DNA from: Sphingomonas sp.
GTDB taxonomy: Bacteria > Pseudomonadota > Alphaproteobacteria > Sphingomonadales > Sphingomonadaceae
Direction of reading: 5' to 3'
Length of the DNA stretch: 64,000 nt
NCBI RefSeq assembly: GCF_019635515.1
Contig: NZ_JAHBZI010000002.1
Span: 39,664-103,663 of the forward strand
In this document: piece by piece, positions 20,583-31,547 of the stretch
Position numbering within the stretch: position 1 is the stretch's first letter
How the letters are laid out: every line of letters begins with the position of its first letter
The notes under the pieces: model-generated
What the model was told of the DNA's origin: nothing
The model's input: the letters and a program-made list of their open reading frames with translations, nothing else
Database searches by the model: none
Position numbers and translations under genes: made by a program

Positions 20583-21871
20583 ACGACACGATCTTCGCGG
20601 TATCGAGCGGCGCGCCGCCGGCTGCGATTGCTATTTTGCGGATAAGCGGGGCGGGAGCGTTCGACGCGATCCACGCGCTCACGAGCGATGTCCCCAAGCC
20701 CCGGACGGCGGCATTACGCGCATTGCGGGACCCGGCGAGCGGCGAGCTGCTTGATCGCGCGCTGGTATTGATCTTCCCGGGCCCAGGCAGCGCGACTGGC
20801 GAGGATTTGGCCGAGCTTCATCTCCATGGCGGTCGCGCGGTGGTACGCGCCGTCGAATCTGCGCTTGCCAGCTTGGCCGGTCTTCGCGCCGCCGAGCCCG
20901 GCGAATTCACCCGCCGGGCCCTGACCAATGGACGCATCGATCTCAGCGAAGCCGAGGGGCTGGGGGATCTGTTGATGGCCGAAACCGAAGCGCAGCGCCG
21001 CGCCGCGATACGCTCGACCGAAGGCGCCGTCCGCCGTGAGGTCGAGGGATGGTCGACACACGCGCTGATGCTGTCGGCACAAGTCGAGGCGTTGCTCGAT
21101 CATGGCGATGAGGATGATGTCGCGACCGGTGCCGATCCGCTACCCGCGATCCAGGCGTCGGCATCGACGCTTGCCGACACCATCGACGCCGTGGCCGCGC
21201 GTCCACCGGTCGAACGTCTGCGTGACGGGCTGCGCGTCGTTCTTGCCGGGCCACCCAATGCCGGCAAATCGACTCTGCTCAACGCGCTCACCGGCCGCGA
21301 CGCTGCGATTGTCTCGCCAGTCGCGGGGACGACCCGCGACCGTATCGAAGCGCCGGTCGTGCGCGGCGGTGTCGCCTATCTGCTGACCGACACCGCAGGC
21401 ATTACCGCCAACCCTGGCGACGCGATCGAAGCGATCGGGGTGACTAGAGCGGAGGGTGCGCTTGCCGCAGCCGACATCCTGCTGTGGCTGGGCGACGAAG
21501 CGCCACCGGAGCATCCGGTCGCGCTCTGGATTCATGCGCGCGCCGACGAAGACGGAAGGGTATCAAATCCGGGCGCGGACCTCACCCTATCCGCCGCAAC
21601 GGGAGCGGGAATTGACATGCTGTGGGAGCGTCTCGCCGCATTGTCATCGGCTCTGCTTCCGCCGCCCGATCTCGTGGCACTTAGCGCCCGGCAGCGCGAC
21701 CTCTGCTTTGCGGCTTCGCGCGCGCTGCGATCAGGGGTGATCGAGACCGACCTGCTTCTTGTCGCCGAACATCTCCGTTCCGCGCTGCGCGCTTTCGATG
21801 CGATCAGCGGCAAGGCAGGCGTGGAAGCAATGCTCGATGCGTTGTTCGGGCGCTTTTGCATCGGAAAGTAG
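20579..21871 (+). CDS. mnmE: tRNA modification GTPase MnmE
   Basis: TGED.AELHLHGG, GEFTRRA..NG..DL.EAE, GPPNAGKSTLLN, GTTRD, DTAG and C-terminal FCIGK. Confidence 0.95.
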   Translation: MNDTIFAVSSGAPPAAIAILRISGAGAFDAIHALTSDVPKPRTAALRALRDPASGELLDRALVLIFPGPGSATGEDLAELHLHGGRAVVRAVESALASLAGLRAAEPGEFTRRALTNGRIDLSEAEGLGDLLMAETEAQRRAAIRSTEGAVRREVEGWSTHALMLSAQVEALLDHGDEDDVATGADPLPAIQASASTLADTIDAVAARPPVERLRDGLRVVLAGPPNAGKSTLLNALTGRDAAIVSPVAGTTRDRIEAPVVRGGVAYLLTDTAGITANPGDAIEAIGVTRAEGALAAADILLWLGDEAPPEHPVALWIHARADEDGRVSNPGADLTLSAATGAGIDMLWERLAALSSALLPPPDLVALSARQRDLCFAASRALRSGVIETDLLLVAEHLRSALRAFDAISGKAGVEAMLDALFGRFCIGK

Positions 21872-21889
21872 CTGTTCCACGTGGAACAG
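21872..21889. other. parS centromere site 1
   Basis: Perfect palindrome CTGTTCCACGTGGAACAG matching the parS consensus TGTTNCACGTGNAACA, between mnmE and mnmG. Confidence 0.9.
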
Positions 21890-21926
21890 TTTTGACGCAC
21901 GCGCCGCCAGCCATTAGCGCGAGCAC

Positions 21927-23759
21927 ATGCACTTCGATGTTATCGTCATCGGCGGGGGCCATGCCGGCACCGAGGCCGCAGCGGCGGCGGCGCGGCGCGG
22001 CGCGCGCACGGCATTGCTCAGCTTCGACCTGTCGAAGGTTGGCGCAATGTCATGCAACCCGGCGATCGGCGGGCTCGGAAAGGGCCATCTCGTCCGCGAA
22101 GTTGATGCGTTTGACGGCCTGATCGCCCGCGCGGCGGATGCCGCGGCGATCCATTATCGCATGCTCAACCGTTCCAAAGGCACCGCGGTTCAGGGGCCGC
22201 GGGTCCAGGCCGATCGCACGCGCTATGCTTCGGCGATTCAGTCGATGCTCGTGGCGCAGGACCATCTCACGCTGGTGCAAGGCGAGGCGGAATCGCTGAT
22301 AATTGAGAGCGGGCGCGTCGCCGGTGTGGTTCTTGGCGATGGCACCACCATACACGCCCGCGCCGTGGTCCTGGCCACCGGCACCTTTCTCGGCGGTCGC
22401 ATCTTCCGAGGCGAGGAGCGCGAGACCGGCGGCCGGGTAGGCGAGGCGGCCGCGACCCGCCTCGCCGAGCAACTCCGCGGGCTCTCCTTGCCGATGGCGC
22501 GCCTTAAAACCGGCACGCCGCCCCGGCTAGATGGCCGCACGATCGACTGGGCCGGCATCGAGGAGCAGCCTTCGGATGCCGACCCGTGGACGATGTCGCC
22601 GCTGACGGAGCGGCGCCTGCTCCCTCAGCTTCATTGCGGTATCACCCGCACCAATGCCGCGACTCATGACGCGATCCGCGCGGGACTGGATCGCTCGCCG
22701 CTGTTCAGCGGCGCCATCGACGCGCAGGGACCGCGCTACTGCCCGTCGATTGAGGACAAGATTCATCGCTTCGGTGATCGAGACGGCCATCAGATTTTCC
22801 TCGAGCCCGAGGGCTTGGACATGCATCTGATCTACCCCAACGGCATGTCGACCTCGCTTCCCGTCGATATTCAACAGGCGATGGTCCGCTCGATTGCAGG
22901 GCTTGAGCGGGCAGTGATCATCACGCCGGGCTATGCGGTGGAATATGATCATATCGATCCGCGTGCGCTCGACGTCCGCCTCGGCCTCCCGCAAATTCCC
23001 GGAATCTATTGCGCAGGGCAGATTAATGGAACCACCGGCTACGAGGAGGCAGCGGGGCAGGGGCTTGTCGCCGGGCTCAACGCCGCGGCATACGCCCGCG
23101 ACGATGCCCCGCTAATTCTCGATCGCGCTACCTCCTATCTGGCGGTGATGATCGACGATCTTGTGTTGCAGGGCGTTACCGAGCCATACCGCATGCTCAC
23201 TGCGCGCGCCGAATTCCGGCTCCGCCTCCGCGCCGATAATGCTGGGACGAGACTGGGTCCGACCGCCGCGGCCCTCGGCTGTCTCGGCCCAGAACGGCGC
23301 CATCGGTTGGAACAACGGACCGGTGAACGGACCCGTCTCGATAAAGCCTTCGCCACCATGTTGACCGCGAGCCAGCTCGCGGCAAGCGGCGCACCGGTTG
23401 GCCAGGACGGCGCGCGCCGTCCCGCTAGCGAGTGGCTCCGCTTCCCCGGGGTCGAGCTGGCGCATGTCGGGGTGGATTGGGACGGCGATATGGGTACACT
23501 GGCCGAGTTCGTTGAGGACGCGCGCTACGCGCCCTATCTGGAGCGCCAGGAGGCGGAGGTGGCGGCGCTGCGTGGCAATGACAATGTCCGCCTCAGCCCA
23601 GAGCTCGACTTTGCCGCAATCCCCGGCCTGTCCAACGAGATGGTCGAACGACTTTCCGCAGCGCGCCCAGAGACTCTCGGTGCCGCTTCGCGCATTCGCG
23701 GAATCACGCCAGCCGCGCTTTCAGCGATCCTGTTGCAGGCCAGAAAGCGCGCCGCATGA
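21927..23759 (+). CDS. mnmG: tRNA uridine-5-carboxymethylaminomethyl modification enzyme
   Basis: [40 protein letters not shown] and [16 protein letters not shown]. Confidence 0.97.
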   Translation: MHFDVIVIGGGHAGTEAAAAAARRGARTALLSFDLSKVGAMSCNPAIGGLGKGHLVREVDAFDGLIARAADAAAIHYRMLNRSKGTAVQGPRVQADRTRYASAIQSMLVAQDHLTLVQGEAESLIIESGRVAGVVLGDGTTIHARAVVLATGTFLGGRIFRGEERETGGRVGEAAATRLAEQLRGLSLPMARLKTGTPPRLDGRTIDWAGIEEQPSDADPWTMSPLTERRLLPQLHCGITRTNAATHDAIRAGLDRSPLFSGAIDAQGPRYCPSIEDKIHRFGDRDGHQIFLEPEGLDMHLIYPNGMSTSLPVDIQQAMVRSIAGLERAVIITPGYAVEYDHIDPRALDVRLGLPQIPGIYCAGQINGTTGYEEAAGQGLVAGLNAAAYARDDAPLILDRATSYLAVMIDDLVLQGVTEPYRMLTARAEFRLRLRADNAGTRLGPTAAALGCLGPERRHRLEQRTGERTRLDKAFATMLTASQLAASGAPVGQDGARRPASEWLRFPGVELAHVGVDWDGDMGTLAEFVEDARYAPYLERQEAEVAALRGNDNVRLSPELDFAAIPGLSNEMVERLSAARPETLGAASRIRGITPAALSAILLQARKRAA

Positions 23760-24385
23760 CCGAGCAAGAGGCTCGCCAGTGGATCGGCGATCGCTTTGGC
23801 GTTTCACGTGAAACATCGTTGGAGCAGTTCGCGGCGATCCTGCGCGACGAGGCAACGCACCAGAACCTGATTTCCGCCGCGTCGTTCGATGAGCTATGGA
23901 ATCGGCATTTCGTCGATTCGGCGCAGTTGATCCCTATGGCCAGCGCCAGCGGCGCAGCGGATGGCGTTTGGCTCGATGTCGGGACCGGCGCCGGCATGCC
24001 CGGTCTGGTCGTTGCCCTGCTGATCGATCGGCCTGTGGTACTGGTCGAGCCGCGCGCCAAGCGCGCCGACTTTCTCTATCGCGCCGCGGCGTTGCTTGGA
24101 ATCGGCCGGCAGGTCACCACCCAGCATTGCTCGATCGAAAAGTACAAGCCAGCCAAACCTGCTGCGATCGTTAGCGCCCGGGCGGTGGCGGAACTGTCGC
24201 AACTGATTGCATCCACGCACCATTGCACCGATTCATCCACAATCTGGTTGCTTCCCAAGGGTCGCGCCGCGCAATCGGAGGTGGAAGCCGCCGCTGCGAA
24301 ATGGCAAGGTTCGTTCCACGTGGAACCAAGCATCACCAGTGCCGATTCCGGCATCGTGATTGCCCAAGGGGTGCGCCCGAGATGA
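23756..24385 (+). CDS. rsmG: 16S rRNA G527 N7-methyltransferase
   Basis: [22 protein letters not shown] and LPKG. Confidence 0.93.
   Translation: MTEQEARQWIGDRFGVSRETSLEQFAAILRDEATHQNLISAASFDELWNRHFVDSAQLIPMASASGAADGVWLDVGTGAGMPGLVVALLIDRPVVLVEPRAKRADFLYRAAALLGIGRQVTTQHCSIEKYKPAKPAAIVSARAVAELSQLIASTHHCTDSSTIWLLPKGRAAQSEVEAAAAKWQGSFHVEPSITSADSGIVIAQGVRPR
23800..23815. other. parS centromere site 2 (within rsmG)
   Basis: CGTTTCACGTGAAACA; encodes VSRET in RsmG. Confidence 0.88.
24312..24327. other. parS centromere site 3 (within rsmG)
   Basis: CGTTCCACGTGGAACC; encodes FHVE in RsmG. Confidence 0.82.
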
Positions 24386-25164
24386 TTTGCATCGCAATCG
24401 CCAACCAGAAAGGCGGGGTCGGCAAGACCACGACGGCGATCAATGTCGGCACCGCGCTGGCGGCAACGGGCAAGCGCGTATTGCTTCTCGATCTCGATCC
24501 GCAAGGCAATGCCTCGACCGGGCTCGGCATTTCTCGCGCCGAGCGCGAGCATTCGACTTACGATCTTCTCGTTACCGATGCCAATCTGGAAGATGTCGCG
24601 ACGCCGACCAAGGTGCCTGGTCTCGACATCGTCCCCGCGACGCAGGACCTGTCGGGGGCCGAGATCGAGCTGATCGAGTTCGAAGCCCGCACGCACCGGC
24701 TTGATGCGGCGATCGGGCGTCACACCGCGCGGCGCTGGGACGTGGTGCTGATCGACTGCCCCCCCTCGCTCGGGCTGCTGACGATCAACGCGATGGTTGC
24801 CGCGCATGCCCTGCTCGTGCCGCTCCAGTGCGAGTTCTTCGCGCTGGAAGGCCTCAGCCAGCTGCTCAACACCGTCGAGCGGATCCGCAGCCGCTTTAAT
24901 CCCGGCCTGTCCATCCTTGGCGTCGCACTGACGATGTACGATCGCCGCAACCGGCTGACCGATCAGGTTTCGGACGATGTCCGCGCCGTGCTCGGCCGCG
25001 TCGTCTTTGATACCGTCATCCCGCGCAACGTCCGGCTGTCCGAGGCGCCGAGCCATGGCATGCCGGCGTTGATCTACGACCATCGCTGCGCCGGTTCGGA
25101 AGCTTATATCGCGCTCGCCCGCGAGGTGATCGAACGCCTGCCCAAGCTCAAGAAGGCCGCATGA
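24382..25164 (+). CDS. parA: Chromosome partitioning ATPase ParA/Soj
   Basis: IANQKGGVGKTTT, DLDPQGNAS, DCPPSLG and IPRNVRLSEAPSHG. Confidence 0.96.
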   Translation: MICIAIANQKGGVGKTTTAINVGTALAATGKRVLLLDLDPQGNASTGLGISRAEREHSTYDLLVTDANLEDVATPTKVPGLDIVPATQDLSGAEIELIEFEARTHRLDAAIGRHTARRWDVVLIDCPPSLGLLTINAMVAAHALLVPLQCEFFALEGLSQLLNTVERIRSRFNPGLSILGVALTMYDRRNRLTDQVSDDVRAVLGRVVFDTVIPRNVRLSEAPSHGMPALIYDHRCAGSEAYIALAREVIERLPKLKKAA

Positions 25165-26045
25165 CCGAAGCCACTCGCAAACCTCGCCCTGGCCTCGGCC
25201 GCGGGCTCTCCTCCCTTCTCGGCGACAATGTGCCCGAAGCGCCGATCACCGGCCCCGCCGAAGGGCCGAGTGCGGGCGGCCTGCGCATGCTGCCGGTCAG
25301 CGCGCTGAGCCCGCACCCCGATCAGCCGCGCCGCCATTTTGATGAGACCGCGCTGGAGGATCTGGCACTGTCGATTCAGGCACGCGGGTTGATCCAGCCG
25401 ATCGTCGTGCGGCCGATGGGGCATAACTATCAGATCGTCGCCGGTGAGCGCCGCTGGCGCGCGGCGCAGCGCGCGCGGCTTCATGAGGTTCCGGTCATCG
25501 TCCGCGAACTCGATGACGCCGAGACAATGGAAATCGCACTGGTCGAGAATATCCAGCGCCAGGACCTCAACGCGATCGAAGAGGCCGAAGCGTATCATCG
25601 GCTGATCGGCGAGTTCGGGCACACCCAGGAAGCGCTCGGCAAGCTCGTTCACAAATCGCGCAGCCATGTCGCTAACCTTATGAGATTGCTCGATCTTCCG
25701 GCAGGTGTCCGCGAAATGGTGGTAAGCGGGGCAATCGAGATGGGACATGCCCGCGCGCTGGTCGGCGCGCCCGATGCCGAGCGCCTTGCACGCCAGGTCG
25801 CCGACAAGGGCCTGTCGGTGCGTGAGACCGAAAGGCTCGCCCGCGCCAACAAGCCGTCGAAGCGCAAGGCGGATGCGACGGAACGCGATCCCGATATCGC
25901 GGCGCTCGAGCGGCATCTCGGCGACGTCCTCGGCCTTAACGTTCGCATCGCGCACGGGCCGAAAGGTGGTTCGCTGACGCTGGCCTATTCCACGCTCGAT
26001 CAGCTCGACATGATCTGCCAGCGCCTGACCGGCGAACGTATCTAG
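25161..26045 (+). CDS. parB: Chromosome partitioning protein ParB
   Basis: GLGRGL, QPRRHF, AGERRWRA, ENIQRQDL and HTH KSRSHVANLMRLL. Confidence 0.96.
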   Translation: MTEATRKPRPGLGRGLSSLLGDNVPEAPITGPAEGPSAGGLRMLPVSALSPHPDQPRRHFDETALEDLALSIQARGLIQPIVVRPMGHNYQIVAGERRWRAAQRARLHEVPVIVRELDDAETMEIALVENIQRQDLNAIEEAEAYHRLIGEFGHTQEALGKLVHKSRSHVANLMRLLDLPAGVREMVVSGAIEMGHARALVGAPDAERLARQVADKGLSVRETERLARANKPSKRKADATERDPDIAALERHLGDVLGLNVRIAHGPKGGSLTLAYSTLDQLDMICQRLTGERI

Positions 26046-27058
26046 CCACGCCCCCGCGCCGCGGCGCGGGCGACCGTCACCACCTCGGCCTCGGCCAATA
26101 GCTCGCCGACGCTTGCCGATCGCATGATCGCGCGCTCGGCCTCGCGCGCGCGGTCGATTGCCCGGGCGATCTGGGTGGCGTTCCAGCGGCGAAGGGCGCG
26201 GCCGGTCGCCGCCTTCTCGCGGAAAAAGACGCGATGCTTCTCCAGCACCGAATCGACATCGCCGCCCCTGTCCATGTCGATCCGCATCTCGGCCAATGCC
26301 TGCAGCCGTCGCACCAGTTGGCGCATCAGCGGCACACCGATGCCGTCGCCCAGTCGCGCCAGTTCGACTCCGATATCGGCGACGCGGCCATCGAGCGCGG
26401 CGCTGATCGCGTCGCTCAGATCGGCATCGCCCAGATCTGCGCCGATCGCATCGAGTGCCGCGCTGTCGGCGTCTCGCGGACGGTCGGGCGCCGCATCGAG
26501 ATACAGCGCCAGCTTCTCGACCTCGCGCGCGAGGATGGCGCGGTCGCCGCCGCATGCCGCCGCGAGCCGCTGGGGCACGTCGCCGGTAAGCCGCAGGCCG
26601 TGTTCGCGCGCGACGTTGGCGGCGAGCTTGGTCGCCTCGATACCCTCGGGCACATAGCAGCCATGCGACATTGCGGCAGGATCGGCGATTGCCAGTTTGA
26701 CCAGTTTTCCGCTCGCCTTGAGCCCCGGCCCGATCGCCACTACCGGATTGCCCGCCCGCTCGGCGGCAAGCAGGAGGGAGATCGCTTCCGTCGCGCTCTC
26801 TTCGGCGCCGAGCAGGCGGATGTAGCGCACGCCGCCGAACAGAGAGAGCGAGGCGGCTTCGTCGGCCAGCCGACCCGGCTGCTCACGCAACGCCTTCATA
26901 TCTAGGTCAATTCGCTCGACTTCGGGACCCAGTGCCCGCGCCAGTCGCTCGGCGAGGTCGGCGGCGCCAGCCTCATCGGGGCCGTGGAACAAATAGAGCC
27001 GCGTGTTCGCGCCAGGCTTGTCGACCGCGGCGCGGATCTGCGCCGCGCTGGCCTTCAT
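26042..27058 (-). CDS. holA: DNA polymerase III delta subunit
   Basis: LYLFHGPD, SLFGG, and E.EKLALY; sits in the conserved leuS-lptE-holA operon. Confidence 0.88.
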   Translation of the reverse strand: MKASAAQIRAAVDKPGANTRLYLFHGPDEAGAADLAERLARALGPEVERIDLDMKALREQPGRLADEAASLSLFGGVRYIRLLGAEESATEAISLLLAAERAGNPVVAIGPGLKASGKLVKLAIADPAAMSHGCYVPEGIEATKLAANVAREHGLRLTGDVPQRLAAACGGDRAILAREVEKLALYLDAAPDRPRDADSAALDAIGADLGDADLSDAISAALDGRVADIGVELARLGDGIGVPLMRQLVRRLQALAEMRIDMDRGGDVDSVLEKHRVFFREKAATGRALRRWNATQIARAIDRAREAERAIMRSASVGELLAEAEVVTVARAAARGRG

Positions 27059-27564
27059 TGAGTCCGGCCGGCGACGCCAGCCTGAGCAAATCGCGCCACG
27101 CGGGCGACGATCTGGTCGGCGACGATCCCCGAAAGCCGCTCAAGCGCGCTGTTTTCGGCGGCGATGGTGGCATATTCACTGCCGACCACGTCGATGCCGG
27201 CATCGGAGCCAGCGGTGGCATCGAGGACCACCGAACCATTGCTCAGGTCGATCAATTGATAACGCGCGCGCAGCGTCCGCCGCTCGCGGGCGACCGAATC
27301 GTCGCGGCGCACACCCAGGCCGGCGATCTGATCATCGAGTTTGACTTCGAGCCGGTAGCGCGCGGCGCCGGTGCGGCTGGCGTCGAACCTGTCCTTGAGC
27401 GCGTTGGCGACAAGCCAGCCCGATTTTCCCTCGATCGGCGCGACTTCCACCGCGGCAAGCATGGATTGCACCGGACCATCGGCACCGCCGCCATAGAGCG
27501 GCCGCAGCCCGCCACAGCCGGAAAGCGCCAACACGAGCGCGGCGAGAAGCGCGACGCGCTTCAC
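27055..27564 (-). CDS. lptE: LPS assembly lipoprotein LptE
   Basis: LSGC lipobox, G.RPLY and position between leuS and holA. Confidence 0.85.
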   Translation of the reverse strand: MKRVALLAALVLALSGCGGLRPLYGGGADGPVQSMLAAVEVAPIEGKSGWLVANALKDRFDASRTGAARYRLEVKLDDQIAGLGVRRDDSVARERRTLRARYQLIDLSNGSVVLDATAGSDAGIDVVGSEYATIAAENSALERLSGIVADQIVARVARFAQAGVAGRTQ

Positions 27565-30053
27565 AGGACGATGTTCACCAGACGGTCGGGCACGACGATC
27601 ACCTTTTTCGGCACATTGCCTTCGAGCAGGCGAACGATCTTGTCGGAGGCAAGTGCCGCCGCCTCGATAATATCCTTCGCCGCACCCTTGGGCATTACCA
27701 GCGTATCACGCAGCTTGCCATTCACCTGCACGGCAATCGTCACTTCGTCGTCGATCAGCAGGCCGGGATCGACTTCGGGCCAGGCGGCGTCGGCGATCAG
27801 CCCCTCTCCGCCGATCTTGGCCCAGGCTTCCTCGGCGAGATGCGGAATCATCGGGCTGACCAGCCGGATCAGCGTGCGTGCGGCATCGTCGCGATCCGCA
27901 GAGGGGCCGGCTTTCTCGATCGCGCCGACCAAAGTAAACAGCTTGGCGACCGCCTTGTTGAAATGCAGCACCTCGATATCGTCGGCCACGCCCTTGATCG
28001 TGCGATGCAGCAGCTTGCGCAGCTCCTTGTCTTCGCCGCCCTGTGAGGCCTCGAACTCGGTGACGCGCCACACGCGCTGGACGAAGCGCCACGCGCCTTC
28101 GATGCCATTCTCCGACCATTCGAGATCGCGTTCGGGCGGCGAATCGGAAAGCATGAACCAGCGCACCGCGTCGGCGCCGTATTGATCGACGATCGGCTCG
28201 GGATCGACGGTGTTCTTCTTCGACTTCGACATCTTCTCGATGCGGCCGATCGTCACCGTCTCGCCGGTGCCCACGACCTTGCCGTTCTCCACCTCCTCGG
28301 GCGCCAGCCAGCGCCCGTCGGGGGCCTTGTAGGTCTCGTGCGTCACCATCCCTTGGGTGAACAGCCCCGCGAACGGCTCGGACACGTCGAGCTTGCCGAG
28401 ATACGCCAGCGCCCGCGTGAAGAAGCGCGCGTAGAGCAGATGCAGGATCGCATGCTCGACCCCGCCGATATATTGCCCCACCGGCAGCCAGCTCTCCGCC
28501 ACCGCCTTGTCGAACGGCTTGTCGCCGGGCTGGCTGGCGAAGCGGATGAAATACCAGGACGAATCGACGAACGTATCGAGCGTGTCGGTCTCGCGCCGCG
28601 CCGGCTTGCCGCAGCTCGGGCAATCGACATGCTTCCAAGTCGGATGGCGGTCGAGCGGATTGCCGGGAATGTCGAAGCTGACATCCTCGGGCAAGGTGAT
28701 CGGCAGCGATTCGCGCGGGGCGCCGACCACGCCGCAGGCCTCGCAATGGATGATCGGGATCGGCGTGCCCCAGTAACGCTGGCGCGACACGCCCCAGTCG
28801 CGCAGCCGCCACACGGTCTGGCCCTTGCCCCAACCGCCATCCTCGGCGCGCTGGATCACCGCGCGCTTGGCATCGGCAACGTCCATCCCGTCGAGGAAAT
28901 GGGAGTTCACCAGGGTGCCCGGCCCGGTATAGGCCTCGCCATCGGTGAAATCGGGATCGGTCTTGTCGCCTTCGGAGACAACGCGGCGGATCGGCAGCTT
29001 GTATTTGCTCGCGAATTCGAAATCGCGCTGGTCGTGCGCGGGCACGCCGAACACCGCGCCGGTGCCATAGTCCATCAGTACGAAATTGGCGATGTAGACC
29101 GGAAATTCCCATGCCGAATCAAAGGGATGCACCGCACGGATACCGGTATCGAAACCGAGCTTCTCCTGCGTCTCCAGTTCGGCCGCGGTGGTTCCGCCCT
29201 GCTTGCACAGCTCGATGAACGCGCGCGCCTCGGCCGAATCCGCCGCCAGCTTCTGCGCGATCGGATGATCCGCGGCGACGGCGACGAAGCTCGATCCGAA
29301 GATCGTATCGGGCCGCGTCGTGAAGACCTCGACTTCGCCGCCGTCCGTCAACGCAAAGCGGAACTGCAGCCCCTCGGATTTGCCGATCCAGTTCTCCTGC
29401 ATCAGCTTGACCTTGTCGGGCCAATGCTCGAGCCCCTGTACGCCGCTCAGCAATTCGTCGGCGAATTGCGTGATCTTCAGGAACCACTGGCTCAATTTGC
29501 GCCGCTCGATCAGCGCGCCCGAACGCCAGCCGCGCCCGTCGATCACCTGCTCATTGGCGAGCACGGTCATGTCGACCGGATCCCAGTTTACCGCCGATTC
29601 CTTGCGATAGACCAGTCCAGCCTCGAGGAAATCGAGGAACAGGGCCTGTTCGTGCCCATAATATTCGGGCTCGCAGGTGGCGATCTCGCGCGTCCAATCG
29701 AGCGCGAAGCCGAGCCGCTTGAGCTGCGCCTTCATCGTCGCGATGTTCTGGCGGGTCCAGTTGCCCGGATGGACCTTCTTTTCCATCGCGGCATTCTCGG
29801 CCGGCATGCCGAACGCGTCCCAGCCCATCGGGTGGAGCACCTCGTGCCCGGTCATCCGCCGGAAACGTGCGAGCACGTCGCCCATCGTATAGTTGCGGAC
29901 ATGCCCCATATGGATGCGCCCCGAAGGATAGGGGAACATCTCGAGCACATAGCTTTTGGGCTTGGGCGATGTGTCGCGCGCGGCAAAGGTGCGCAGGTCG
30001 TCCCATACCTTCTGCCAATGGGCGTCGGCCTTCAGCGCGTTGAAACGCGACAC
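27561..30053 (-). CDS. leuS: Leucine--tRNA ligase
   Basis: [13 protein letters not shown] (HIGH), [16 protein letters not shown] and KMSKSK. GTG start at 30053 follows an AAGGA Shine-Dalgarno; 30077 is an alternative. Confidence 0.97.
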   Translation of the reverse strand: MSRFNALKADAHWQKVWDDLRTFAARDTSPKPKSYVLEMFPYPSGRIHMGHVRNYTMGDVLARFRRMTGHEVLHPMGWDAFGMPAENAAMEKKVHPGNWTRQNIATMKAQLKRLGFALDWTREIATCEPEYYGHEQALFLDFLEAGLVYRKESAVNWDPVDMTVLANEQVIDGRGWRSGALIERRKLSQWFLKITQFADELLSGVQGLEHWPDKVKLMQENWIGKSEGLQFRFALTDGGEVEVFTTRPDTIFGSSFVAVAADHPIAQKLAADSAEARAFIELCKQGGTTAAELETQEKLGFDTGIRAVHPFDSAWEFPVYIANFVLMDYGTGAVFGVPAHDQRDFEFASKYKLPIRRVVSEGDKTDPDFTDGEAYTGPGTLVNSHFLDGMDVADAKRAVIQRAEDGGWGKGQTVWRLRDWGVSRQRYWGTPIPIIHCEACGVVGAPRESLPITLPEDVSFDIPGNPLDRHPTWKHVDCPSCGKPARRETDTLDTFVDSSWYFIRFASQPGDKPFDKAVAESWLPVGQYIGGVEHAILHLLYARFFTRALAYLGKLDVSEPFAGLFTQGMVTHETYKAPDGRWLAPEEVENGKVVGTGETVTIGRIEKMSKSKKNTVDPEPIVDQYGADAVRWFMLSDSPPERDLEWSENGIEGAWRFVQRVWRVTEFEASQGGEDKELRKLLHRTIKGVADDIEVLHFNKAVAKLFTLVGAIEKAGPSADRDDAARTLIRLVSPMIPHLAEEAWAKIGGEGLIADAAWPEVDPGLLIDDEVTIAVQVNGKLRDTLVMPKGAAKDIIEAAALASDKIVRLLEGNVPKKVIVVPDRLVNIVL

Positions 30054-30193
30054 GGAGCGATTTCCTTCGGTATCCACCGCGCCGCACTAGGTGAGGGCAC
30101 GGGTGGGGATCAAGCCCCGCGACCTTGCTTCAGCTTCGGCTTCGCCGAATTGGCACCGCTTCCACGTTGATGGACCAAACCAGATCGACAGGC

Positions 30194-30625
30194 TCAGTTG
30201 GCGATGGCGGCCCGGCGCAAGTCACGAGCACGCGTGAGGATGATGTCCTCAAGCTTCTGCACCGTCGCGGCCTGCACCGGAGCGGCGACCCAGGCGCCGC
30301 TGGTATTGACTTCGCGAAGGGCCGCCACGCGCAGCGCGTCGGCGCGGAGATCCTGATCGAGGATCGTCACGGTCACCTTCATCCGCTCGGTCGGCGTATT
30401 GGGGTTCACATACCAGTCGGTGACGATGACGCCACCGTTCGAATCGGTCTGGAGCAGCGGCATGAAGCTCAGCGTGTCGAGGCTGGCGCGCCACAGATAG
30501 GAATTCACGCCGATCGTGGTGACCTGGCTGGCGGCGAGGTCAGCCTTGGGACGGTCTTTATGGCCGCACGCGGCAATCGAAAGAGCAAGCGATCCGAGGA
30601 TCGCAGCGCGCAACAGGCGGTTCAT
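30194..30625 (-). CDS. DUF3576-type lipoprotein
   Basis: IAAC lipobox; IGVNSYLWRASLDTLSFMPL..TDS.GGVIVTDWY pattern. Confidence 0.8.
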   Translation of the reverse strand: MNRLLRAAILGSLALSIAACGHKDRPKADLAASQVTTIGVNSYLWRASLDTLSFMPLLQTDSNGGVIVTDWYVNPNTPTERMKVTVTILDQDLRADALRVAALREVNTSGAWVAAPVQAATVQKLEDIILTRARDLRRAAIAN

Positions 30626-30804
30626 CGACACATTCCTAAAGGCCAAGATGATAATCGGAGAGCATCTATAGTGCTGCTTGTGGCGGTAGCAAGGCGGGAC
30701 GCGCGGACACGAATCTGTGTGTGTGGAGCAACAGTCGCGAGAAATTTGTGTCACCGGTGGAACCAGGGTTCCGAATCATGGTACGGACGCCTAGATACAA
30801 AGGG

Positions 30805-31536
30805 ATGAAGATGCGTCTGAAACGCTGGATGACGGGACTCGGGATCGGGGCGCTTTGCGCCGCCGTCACCGTTGTCACGCCCGGCTTACAGGCGCAGGGG
30901 CGCGCGGATCGCAGCGATGCGGGCCGTCCGCCGGTTTCGATCCGCAGCGGAATCGGCACTTTCACGCCGGCGGCGGCGGATCCCAAGCTGGCCGCATTGC
31001 TCGCCCGATCGGGCCTGCCCAACAGCGGCTTCCGCTTCACCCCGTCCGATTCGCGCCTTGGCTCCAGTCGCGCCGTCACGGTCGCTGTCCGGGCTCGCAC
31101 GACTCGCGGCAGTCCGGCCAGCGTGACGCAGGCGGCGGTTGCGACCACGCCGTCGCTCAGCCTTGCTCCCGTCGCCTATAATCTCGGCGTTTCGGTCGGT
31201 TGGAAGCGATTCGCGCTTTCGGGCGATATCGCCAAGGTCGATCTCGTCACCAAGCCCGGCGGCGGCGAGCTTGCCGATCTCGGCATCAGCTATACCGGCA
31301 AGCGCGCCAGCGGCCGCATCCGCGCGACCAGCGAGCGCAATCTGACCGACGCGCCGGTGCTGGCGGGCGAGAAGCCCAGCTATGGCTTCGATCTCGGCGG
31401 CTCCTATTCGGTGACTCGCAACCTCGCGGTGACTGCGGGCGTCCGCTACAAGAGCGAAGATCAGCGCCTGCCACGCCTCACTGATAACCGTCGTGACAGC
31501 CAGGCGGTCTATGTGGGCACCGCTTTCCGCTTCTGA
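30805..31536 (+). CDS. Exported protein, probable outer-membrane beta-barrel
   Basis: Signal peptide; alternating beta-strand segments (YNLGVSVGW, DLGISY, FDLGGSYSV); C-terminal VYVGTAFRF ending in Phe. Confidence 0.65.
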   Translation: MKMRLKRWMTGLGIGALCAAVTVVTPGLQAQGRADRSDAGRPPVSIRSGIGTFTPAAADPKLAALLARSGLPNSGFRFTPSDSRLGSSRAVTVAVRARTTRGSPASVTQAAVATTPSLSLAPVAYNLGVSVGWKRFALSGDIAKVDLVTKPGGGELADLGISYTGKRASGRIRATSERNLTDAPVLAGEKPSYGFDLGGSYSVTRNLAVTAGVRYKSEDQRLPRLTDNRRDSQAVYVGTAFRF

Positions 31537-31547
31537 TCCGCCGCGCT

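Noticed and set aside
28182-30170. Long antisense or alternate-frame ORFs (e.g. 28182-30170, 36205-38175, 44588-47131, 48540-50441, 60140-62173)
   Set aside because: Expected shadows of GC-rich genes with strong codon bias; no recognisable motifs, and they fully overlap well-supported CDSs.
30160-30172. TTCCACGTTGA as a fourth parS
   Set aside because: Only a half-site; the right arm does not match and it is not palindromic.
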